Below the pieces are notes generated by a model. It searched no databases. It worked only from the letters and a program-made list of their open reading frames with translations, and had not been told where the DNA came from. A stretch of 6,004 bases of DNA from an uncultured archaeon. Lineage in GTDB: Archaea; Asgardarchaeota; Thorarchaeia; Thorarchaeales; Thorarchaeaceae. Of this stretch, positions 1 through 6,000 are shown in pieces (the stretch's first letter is position 1; each line of letters starts with the position of its first letter). The position numbers and the translations under genes are program-made. The DNA lies in NCBI GenBank assembly GCA_964648855.1, contig CAZYLT010000016.1, forward strand, positions 23,695 through 29,698. Direction: 5' to 3'.

Positions 1-45
1 TTTGGTGATTTGAGCCAGAGGCAACACAAATCCTTCTGCATTCAT
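1..45 (-). CDS. N-terminal fragment (15 codons, runs off the window edge) of a hypothetical protein, probable paralog of the 42-479 membrane protein
   Basis: The reverse complement of 1-45 reads ATG AAT GCA GAA GGA TTT GTG TTG CCT CTG GCT CAA ATC ACC AAA = MNAEGFVLPLAQITK. Its ATG overlaps the TGA of the upstream gene (ATGA). It is preceded by SD-like GGAGCTGA. It resembles the neighbour's N-terminus MVSSEKVILPFAQTAK. It is too short to be in the ORF track. Confidence 0.6.
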   Translation of the reverse strand, partial: MNAEGFVLPLAQITK

Positions 46-479
46 TTTACATCAGCTCCCCCTTTATCAGAGTCATTCCATGATCCTATCCGATACCTAT
101 CCCTCACCCTCTTGTCTGCTAACACCAAGATTTCTAATACTGAAATGATTCCAATGAATGATTTCGGTAGAATTATGGGCTTTGATACTAGGCTCTCAGC
201 AAATAACCCCGGCATATCCACTACGAAGTAAGCAGAGGATATTGCAGATAGCAGCACCAGTATCCATGAGATACTGTCTGGAAAAAGCGCTACAATGCCT
301 ATGACTAACTCTATGATTGCAAATAAAAGAAGAAGCAGCAGCGGGTCAAAGTCTAATCTCATTTCGCCGGGTGTCACTTCACGCCTCATTTGGACTAGGA
401 CCAGGAGCCATCTAATTAGACCTAGGTAGAATTTCGCAGTCTGGGCAAAGGGTAGAATTACCTTCTCTGAACTCACCAT
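42..479 (-). CDS. Hypothetical small integral membrane protein (about 145 aa, 3-4 hydrophobic segments)
   Basis: ORF track 42..503. I prefer the ATG at 479 because GGAGGAGATGTGA lies upstream and this start aligns with the paralog's N-terminus; 503 is the alternative. Hydrophobic stretches are FYLGLIRWLLVLV, PLLLLLLFAIIELVIGIVALF, ISWILVLLSAISSAYFVV and SFIGIISVLEILVLA, followed by a basic/polar tail. No family recognised. Confidence 0.7.
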   Translation of the reverse strand: MVSSEKVILPFAQTAKFYLGLIRWLLVLVQMRREVTPGEMRLDFDPLLLLLLFAIIELVIGIVALFPDSISWILVLLSAISSAYFVVDMPGLFAESLVSKPIILPKSFIGIISVLEILVLADKRVRDRYRIGSWNDSDKGGADVK

Positions 480-534
480 TGAATCATCACATCTCCTCCA
501 CATTCTCCTCAGCCAAATATTGACATCTGAAAGG

Positions 535-542
535 TATTTATT
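535..542 (-). promoter_or_regulatory. Possible TATA-like element for the leftward transcription unit
   Basis: The minus strand reads AATAAATA, about 32 nt upstream of ATG 503 and about 56 nt upstream of ATG 479. It is only a partial match to the archaeal TATA consensus. Confidence 0.25.
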
Positions 543-632
543 CTAATCATAGAACGGCACAGACTTTGCTTGGGGACATTCTTCAGGCTGCAATGTTGGT
601 CGCAAAAAGAAGTCTCAACCTCTAAAATCTTC

Positions 633-652
633 TATTCAATCAGGATTGAATA
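633..652. promoter_or_regulatory. Perfect 9-bp inverted repeat, putative transcription-factor operator
   Basis: TATTCAATC-AG-GATTGAATA lies in the divergent intergenic region, about 15 bp upstream of the TATA-like box at 668-675. Confidence 0.5.
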
Positions 653-667
653 CTGCGTTGACAGAGC

Positions 668-675
668 ATATAATA
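668..675 (+). promoter_or_regulatory. Putative archaeal TATA box for the 706-1299 gene (probably leaderless or short-leader mRNA)
   Basis: ATATAATA ends 30 nt before ATG 706 and is preceded by purine-rich GACAGAG (BRE-like). There is no obvious SD before ATG 706. Confidence 0.45.
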
Positions 676-705
676 TGTCTGGCCACTATATCAGAAACGA
701 TAGTC

Positions 706-1299
706 ATGAGGCTCCTCGGGAAGTCCCAAAGCAAAATTCTGCTGTTCTCTATTGTCTGTATTCTATTGGCATGCGCATTCTCTGAAATAGATACTCGGAC
801 AACTCATCCATCACTATACGATCAGACAAATCTAGCTCAGGACACACTACGTCCTAGTATAGATGCATGGGGCATAGACGGACCAATTCGAAGTGGTGAA
901 GAATTCACCGTATGGGCAAACGTATCTGATTCCGAGTCGGGAGTCTTGAATGTTTCCGCAAAAATCCTTCAGGACAGCAGTCTGTACTCAAGTCCTCTAT
1001 TGGAATATAATGGATCATACTTCGCGAGCACGATTCCCGGACTAGAATTGAATCACACCTATGAGATATCTATCGTTGCCCTCGATAATGCAGAAAACCG
1101 GGCAGAGAGCTTCAGTCGTGAATTTGCCCTTGTAATCAATACAGACACAACCATCGATCCTGAGGTCACTCTTCCTATCGTCGTTGGTTCGAGCATAGTC
1201 GTACTAGTTGCACTGGCTATTTTTGCCTACAGAACGAAAGAACAGAAAAAGAGGGCAGTTATCGAAGATGATTCACGAAATGAAACGACACATTCATAG
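706..1299 (+). CDS. Membrane-anchored cell-surface protein with a single Ig-like (beta-sandwich) domain, about 197 aa
   Basis: ORF track 646..1299 (TTG start). The ATG at 706 gives a classical signal peptide, MRLLGKSQSK-ILLFSIVCILLACAFS. The central region has the pattern P-x-I...TVWANVSD-x-SGV-x-V...FASTIPG...YEISIVALDNAEN (DxAGN-like end motif), which is typical of Ig-like domains in prokaryotic surface proteins. The C-terminal TM helix LPIVVGSSIVVLVALAIFAY is followed by basic RTKEQKKR. The ectodomain has four N-X-S/T sequons. Confidence 0.8.
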   Translation: MRLLGKSQSKILLFSIVCILLACAFSEIDTRTTHPSLYDQTNLAQDTLRPSIDAWGIDGPIRSGEEFTVWANVSDSESGVLNVSAKILQDSSLYSSPLLEYNGSYFASTIPGLELNHTYEISIVALDNAENRAESFSREFALVINTDTTIDPEVTLPIVVGSSIVVLVALAIFAYRTKEQKKRAVIEDDSRNETTHS

Positions 1300-1329
1300 C
1301 ATCAAAATGACTGAAATAATTTGGATCAC

Positions 1330-1348
1330 AATGAATGATTGATTCATT
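1330..1348. promoter_or_regulatory. 7-bp inverted repeat next to the permease promoter, putative operator
   Basis: AATGAAT-GATTG-ATTCATT ends 3 nt before TTTATA (1352) and so covers the expected BRE position. Confidence 0.4.
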
Positions 1349-1351
1349 CGC

Positions 1352-1359
1352 TTTATATT
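1352..1359 (+). promoter_or_regulatory. Putative archaeal TATA box of the ABC permease/ATPase operon
   Basis: TTTATATT ends 21 nt before GTG 1381. This spacing is compatible with a leaderless transcript starting near the GTG. Confidence 0.5.
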
Positions 1360-1380
1360 CGTTGTTTTCTAGCCATCTAG

Positions 1381-4167
1381 GTGGGAGTCTTGGCCACCAT
1401 GTTGAAGTATGCTCTCAAACGAGTTGTTCGCAGCTACAAGCTGTTTCTCGCTTTGACCATTGGAGTATTGGTGGCAACTACATTTTTTGCAAGCACTAAC
1501 GTTGCTGCAGATATTCTTGCTCGAGATGCTCTGGATGCCACTCTGGAGGGTGTCGTCTACGACTTTACTGCAAATTCAATACAATCTAATTGGACTGCTG
1601 ATGACTTCGCCTCCGTTGAAAATGAACTGGAGCAAGTTAGTGAAATAGTCAGCCATTCCAGAACGACGGCTTTTCAGTATGAATACAACAATACTGAAAC
1701 TAACTTCGATATTTTCGGTATCCAATGGGGCTCAGATATGGCATCGGGAATTCGTGTCGTGTCGGGTAATGAGTCTTTGGGACCCAATGAGGCCTATGTA
1801 GTGACCGGTTCAACTAATGAATCATCTTTTGTCCCCGGTCAAGAGCTTTCCGTCCCAATTAAAGTGCTGATTGATGGTCAGCCTCTGCCTCAAACTATCC
1901 ACTGGAATCTGACTGTGGCTGGCTTCGTGGATGTGCCTGTTTCTCGCAGATACGCGATGCAACAGAATCAATTTGCAGGCATTTTATTGGGACCTTTTGG
2001 TGTTTCATTCGACCAGCCCTATAATATGATGCTCGTTGATTGGGACCTCACAATTAGAGCCCTACTTAATGCAGCCAATGATTATGAAAATAGAGTTGGG
2101 CTAAGCGTTCTGAATAGCCTTCATATGAAAGCAGATAGAGCTTCACTAATCGACCCTTACGATATTCCAACATCCACCGAGCGTGTCAACCAGATTAACC
2201 AAAGACTGAACCAGCGATTAGACCGCTTTGATGCTACGGTTAGGTCCAATCTTCAGACACCTCTATTTGCCTATACATTTGTAGCCGCACTGATGAATGT
2301 GGCATTCATTTCGTTGTCGCTTCCGATTTTCTTCATGGCTTACTTCACTGGGACCATGACTAGTGAAGTTAGCTATAACCTGCGGAGGCGAGAGATAGGT
2401 CTGTTGCTAACAAAAGGCTACAAACGTGGCACGATTCGGAATATGTTTTTGTTTGAGGGAATCTTAGTCGGTGCACTGGCGGGAGCCATATCGATCTTCC
2501 TTGGAACGGCTGTGGCTTGGTATGTCCTAGGAATCGAAGGCCTTGGCTTTCTCACCGTGGTCGGTAACAACGTAACCTCCATCATTATCTCAATTATCAC
2601 TGGAATGGTTCTTGCTCTTATAGCAGTCTGGCGGCCAGCAAATAGAGCATCTAAGTTGGAAATTGTGGATGCTCTAAAGCAATATGTGTATGTCGAAGAA
2701 ACTTCTGAATACAAGAAGCTCCTTCCGACAATATCCTTAGTCCTTGGTGGCTACAAGTTGGCTGTTTGGATTCTGGGAATCAATGTTAGCCCGCTCCTGA
2801 CCAGCTTGAATCCTGGCAATATTTTCCTATCTATTCTGATTGTTGCTTGGGTGGGGATTGACAGTGTTCTCAACTATATTGGACCACTCATGTTTCTATT
2901 TGGAGCAACAAAGGTGTTCATGCGAGGATCTCAGCGGTTCCAGGAAGTAATAGTCGATGGTGGCAAGAGGTTTTTTGGAGCCTTCGGAAAACTTGCTACT
3001 AGAAATGTGAAAAGGAATCCAGCAAGAAATGCTGCTATGGTGTTTCTGCTATCTCTCATAGTATCATATGGGATTTTCACTGTTGGTAGCCTCTATTCAG
3101 AATATGACCGCGTAGAAAGAGATGCATATTACGATGTTGGCGCAGATGTCCGATTACAGTTGGAAGACGTCAATGACATCGAAACAGTAATGGCAGGTTT
3201 ATCGGGTTACTCAGATATCAATGACGCCACAGCTGAATATAGGCTGACCCTCAGTGCGGGAATCACTTCTATCGAAACGAGAGGAATCATCCCCGATGAA
3301 TGGTTGAACGTGGCCTTCTGGGAGCAATCGTGGTTCATTGGCGATTTCGATGGGATGTTCAACTCTCTTCAAGACGATGGCATCATACTCTCTGTTACTA
3401 CTGCGGATGATTTGGCGCTAGATATAGGAGATACAATCTTCGTTCGAGGGCCATCCGGAGGAGATCCTCACCTTCTGACGATTGTTGGCTTGGTGGGATT
3501 CCAATCGATTCTTGAGGATTTGATTGAGCAAGCTGGTTTCACAGCTGAAGGAAACTATCCATCATTTGTTTCAAAGGGGTTCCTGAACGATTCCTCAATT
3601 TTGCCTGATGCAACCGGTAACATATTGATTGATGCTGTAGACGGTGCAAATGGCACAGCTATACAAGAAGAGTTGATTGAGGACTTCCCAGAAGCATCTT
3701 CTAGTTATTCCTACACATCTCAAGTTGCAGATTATTATGAGCGACCTATTGAGAGTGGAATCACCAAGATTCGGTGGGTTGCTGTAACTTTCGCCGTCAT
3801 GCTGGCACTAGTCGGAACAAGTCTTGTGATCATTCTAACCTTGAAAGAAAAGGAAGTTGAGATTGCCCTCATATCGGTTCGTGGTTTTAGTCGATTGCAG
3901 CTCTTCAAGACTCTCCTTGCAGAAATGCTGGTCATGGTTGTCTTCTCATTGCTTCTGGGATTGTTCGTTGGTTTCGTTCAGATATTTGGAAATATCAGCC
4001 TACTGAATCAGAACGCCACGGACCTGATTCTGTCCCGTTTTGTGATTGGAGGCATGTCGGGGATAACAATGCTTACGATAATTGGAGTAGTATTGATTGC
4101 TGCCTCAATCCCTGTTTGGTATGCATCTCAAAAACCGCAGAATAATGTGGATGTGTTAAGAAAATAG
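1381..4167 (+). CDS. Type VII ABC transporter permease (FtsX/MacB-like, internally duplicated, about 10 TM, two large extracytoplasmic domains)
   Basis: 928-aa ORF. It has an N-terminal amphipathic helix plus TM1 (YALKRVVRSYKLFLALTIGVLVATTFF). It has two FtsX-type coupling motifs, RRREIGLLLTKGYKRGTIRNMFLFEG and KEKEVEIALISVRGFSRLQLFKTLLAEM. The second repeat starts at KLATRNVKRNPARNAAMVFLLSLIV, followed by GADVRL. The first repeat ends PANRASKLEIVDALK and the second ends PVWYASQKPQNNVDVLRK. The gene is adjacent to a cognate ATPase. Alternative start is ATG 1399. Confidence 0.93.
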   Translation: MGVLATMLKYALKRVVRSYKLFLALTIGVLVATTFFASTNVAADILARDALDATLEGVVYDFTANSIQSNWTADDFASVENELEQVSEIVSHSRTTAFQYEYNNTETNFDIFGIQWGSDMASGIRVVSGNESLGPNEAYVVTGSTNESSFVPGQELSVPIKVLIDGQPLPQTIHWNLTVAGFVDVPVSRRYAMQQNQFAGILLGPFGVSFDQPYNMMLVDWDLTIRALLNAANDYENRVGLSVLNSLHMKADRASLIDPYDIPTSTERVNQINQRLNQRLDRFDATVRSNLQTPLFAYTFVAALMNVAFISLSLPIFFMAYFTGTMTSEVSYNLRRREIGLLLTKGYKRGTIRNMFLFEGILVGALAGAISIFLGTAVAWYVLGIEGLGFLTVVGNNVTSIIISIITGMVLALIAVWRPANRASKLEIVDALKQYVYVEETSEYKKLLPTISLVLGGYKLAVWILGINVSPLLTSLNPGNIFLSILIVAWVGIDSVLNYIGPLMFLFGATKVFMRGSQRFQEVIVDGGKRFFGAFGKLATRNVKRNPARNAAMVFLLSLIVSYGIFTVGSLYSEYDRVERDAYYDVGADVRLQLEDVNDIETVMAGLSGYSDINDATAEYRLTLSAGITSIETRGIIPDEWLNVAFWEQSWFIGDFDGMFNSLQDDGIILSVTTADDLALDIGDTIFVRGPSGGDPHLLTIVGLVGFQSILEDLIEQAGFTAEGNYPSFVSKGFLNDSSILPDATGNILIDAVDGANGTAIQEELIEDFPEASSSYSYTSQVADYYERPIESGITKIRWVAVTFAVMLALVGTSLVIILTLKEKEVEIALISVRGFSRLQLFKTLLAEMLVMVVFSLLLGLFVGFVQIFGNISLLNQNATDLILSRFVIGGMSGITMLTIIGVVLIAASIPVWYASQKPQNNVDVLRK

Positions 4168-4171
4168 GTGA
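4166..4171 (+). promoter_or_regulatory. Shine-Dalgarno motif for the ATPase gene
   Basis: AGGTGA overlaps the permease TAG stop and ends 5 nt before ATG 4177. This suggests translational coupling and a start at 4177 rather than GTG 4168. Confidence 0.65.
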
Positions 4172-4176
4172 CGAAA

Positions 4177-5061
4177 ATGAGTGAATATGTTCAAGCCAAT
4201 GACCTCGTAAAGGTGTTCAAACTTGGAAATGTGGAAGTTCAAGCATTGAGGGGACTTTCCATGTCTGTCGATAAGGGCGAGATGGTCGCTATAGTTGGAC
4301 CAAGTGGATCTGGAAAGACCACTATGTTGAACATCTTTGGTGGCATAATGCGTGCCACTGCAGGAACAACTAGGATTGCAGGGCGAGATGTGACAAATGC
4401 GACTCCAGCAGAATTGGGACGTCTTCGTCGAGATGTTGTGGGTCATATCTTCCAAGAATTAAATCTCATTCCTACTCTGACCGCTTATGAGAATGTGGAG
4501 TTACCGATGCTGGCAGCAAAGGTTCCATCCAGCAAAAGAAATGAACGGGTTGAGGAGCTTCTAACAATAGTTGGCTTGAAAGACAGAATGAAGCACAAAC
4601 CGGACGAGCTGTCCGGTGGTCAGAGGCAAAGAGTTGCAATAGCAGCTGCTATGGCTAACAATCCCGAAGTTCTACTAGCTGACGAACCAACAGGGGACCT
4701 AGATTCGGAAACCGGGACTCAGATAGTTGAGTTTCTGCACACGATTAACAAGGAGTATGGAAAAACAGTCATAATGGTAACACACGATTCTTCAATAGCG
4801 CGACAAGCTGACCGCATCTATCGCATCCAAGATGGTAGAATCCGTTCGGTTCAAACTCCTTCTGGGGACGAAGGTGTAACCGCAGTGTCTCGTGTTGAGA
4901 TTGTCCAAGACCGGATACACGAGATAAAGGATGAGATATCGACGTTGGATTCCAGAGCAAGGGAGGGGCAAATTGAGATGGCACGCTTTGCTAAGCAACG
5001 TACTCGGCTAGAGGAGAAACTCAGCCTGTTCGAGGAAGAACTTCACCGACTTGGTATGTAG
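4177..5061 (+). CDS. ABC transporter ATP-binding protein, LolD/MacB/FtsE (MJ0796-like) subfamily, with C-terminal coiled-coil extension (294 aa)
   Basis: Walker A GPSGSGKT, Q-loop GHIFQELNLIP, TAYENVELP, signature LSGGQRQRVAIA, Walker B/D-loop LLADEPTGDLD, H-loop VTHD and terminal IQDGRI are all intact. The N-terminal EVQALRGL and the ...LNLIPTLTAYENV pattern are typical of the LolD/MacB clade. Confidence 0.96.
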   Translation: MSEYVQANDLVKVFKLGNVEVQALRGLSMSVDKGEMVAIVGPSGSGKTTMLNIFGGIMRATAGTTRIAGRDVTNATPAELGRLRRDVVGHIFQELNLIPTLTAYENVELPMLAAKVPSSKRNERVEELLTIVGLKDRMKHKPDELSGGQRQRVAIAAAMANNPEVLLADEPTGDLDSETGTQIVEFLHTINKEYGKTVIMVTHDSSIARQADRIYRIQDGRIRSVQTPSGDEGVTAVSRVEIVQDRIHEIKDEISTLDSRAREGQIEMARFAKQRTRLEEKLSLFEEELHRLGM

Positions 5062-5092
5062 TTTTCCAGTTCTGATCATCGAAGCTCGGAAG

Positions 5093-5100
5093 TCTTTTTT
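5093..5100 (+). terminator. Possible archaeal oligo-T terminator of the ABC operon
   Basis: TCTTTTTT lies about 32 nt after the ATPase stop codon. There is no strong stem-loop; archaeal intrinsic terminators are typically U-tracts. Confidence 0.35.
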
Positions 5101-5133
5101 CCCTGTGATTCACCAGAAACAATGGAGTCAACA

Positions 5134-6000
5134 ATGCCCTTGCCAGTTGTCGCTGTACATGGTGGTGCAACATCATTCAAAGATGAACATCATTCAGATA
5201 TTGAAATTGCTGTGAAGAAAGCGACCAGGACCGGGCTCTGTGTTCTTGATAGAGGCGGGTCTGCACTTGATGCTGCTGAGGCTACTATACACGTTCTAGA
5301 AGATTCGCGTCTCTTTACAGCTGGCCGTGGAGCCTGTAAGAATGCTGAAGATGAAATTGAAGTTGACGCACTAATAATGGACGGAAAACGCTTAGAAAGC
5401 GGTGCTGTCATGGCAGTGAGAGATATTATCCATCCTATCTCACTGGCGAGGTATGTCCTGGAGAGGACATCAGCATATCAGGTGGCAGGAAGGGGCGCAG
5501 ATATACTGTACAGGGAAATGATAAAATCCGGATATAGACTTGAACCAGTACCTCGGGATACATCATTGCCGCCCATATCATCAGGCTGTGACACAGTGGG
5601 ATGTGTGGTTGTTGACAAGCAACATCGCGTTGTATCTGCTTCTTCAACGAGTGGTTGGCCTGGCAAATTGGTTGGGCGTGTTGGCGATTCACCAGTGGTT
5701 GGTGCAGGAGTATACGCGAATGAAGTTGCAGGTGCAACATGCACAGGCAGAGGAGAGCAAATCCTGAGGGTTTCTATGGCACGGATTGCAGTGAATCACG
5801 TAGAAGAAGGTAGGTCGGTTCAAGATGCTGTGCAGCTAGTCATGAAATTGATGAGGGGGCGTACTAGCGGCGAAGTCGGGCTTATTCTTGCTGACGCAGA
5901 CGGAAACGTCGCAGCCAGTTTTGATACAAAACACATGCCAACTTCTATTGGATATCCGGGGGAAGAAATTTACTATTCTTTGAAACCGAAGTGGCCTTAA
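5134..6000 (+). CDS. Isoaspartyl peptidase/L-asparaginase family protein (Asparaginase_2, Ntn-hydrolase; IaaA-like)
   Basis: Motifs VAVHGGA, GGSALDAAE, LEDS-x-LFTAGRG, DALIMDG, GAV, HPISLAR, nucleophile site D|TVGCV (Thr codon 5593-5595), STSG-x3-K-x2-GRVGDSPVVGAG-x-YA and TCTG-x-GE. The ORF track start is 5122; I prefer ATG 5134 because GGAG sits at 5124-5127. Confidence 0.92.
   Translation: MPLPVVAVHGGATSFKDEHHSDIEIAVKKATRTGLCVLDRGGSALDAAEATIHVLEDSRLFTAGRGACKNAEDEIEVDALIMDGKRLESGAVMAVRDIIHPISLARYVLERTSAYQVAGRGADILYREMIKSGYRLEPVPRDTSLPPISSGCDTVGCVVVDKQHRVVSASSTSGWPGKLVGRVGDSPVVGAGVYANEVAGATCTGRGEQILRVSMARIAVNHVEEGRSVQDAVQLVMKLMRGRTSGEVGLILADADGNVAASFDTKHMPTSIGYPGEEIYYSLKPKWP

Noticed and set aside
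360-380. Possible internal start (ATG at 362, MRLDFDP...) in the minus-strand membrane gene with upstream GAAGTGA
   Set aside because: The SD match is weak and 11 nt away. The similarity of the upstream N-terminus to the neighbouring paralog argues for the longer protein.
658-674. Perfect bacterial -35 (TTGACA, 658-663) and -10 (TATAAT, 669-674) hexamers
   Set aside because: The spacer is only 5 bp instead of about 17. The TATAAT is better explained as part of an archaeal TATA box.
646-705. Upstream TTG start for the surface protein as given in the ORF track
   Set aside because: This segment overlaps the palindrome and the TATA-like box. ATG 706 gives a clean signal peptide.
10-785. Short plus-strand ORFs 10..231 and 570..785
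   Set aside because: They are antisense to or out of frame with better-supported genes, or span the promoter region, and have no recognisable motifs.
1393-1401. Kozak-like GCCACCATG at the alternative permease start (ATG 1399)
   Set aside because: It is a single 6-nt context match that can arise by chance, +4 is T rather than G, and TATA spacing favours GTG 1381. A genome-wide start-context analysis would be needed.
2188-2220. Short repeated AACCA units encoding NQINQRLNQRL
   Set aside because: This is a degenerate, protein-level amphipathic helix pattern in the permease ectodomain, not a DNA repeat array or CRISPR.
1381-5061. Assigning macB, lolCDE or ftsEX gene names, or an antibiotic-resistance function
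   Set aside because: The similarity is at family level only, and the cognate partners (MacA/TolC, LolA, EnvC) are absent from the window.
1460-5767. Nested or antisense ORFs (1460..1648, 2418..2714, 3735..3935, 4156..4455, 4769..4984, 4792..4998, 5190..5411, 5435..5740, 5478..5744, 5540..5767)
   Set aside because: All overlap strongly supported genes over essentially their whole length and look like shadow ORFs with no domain-like features.
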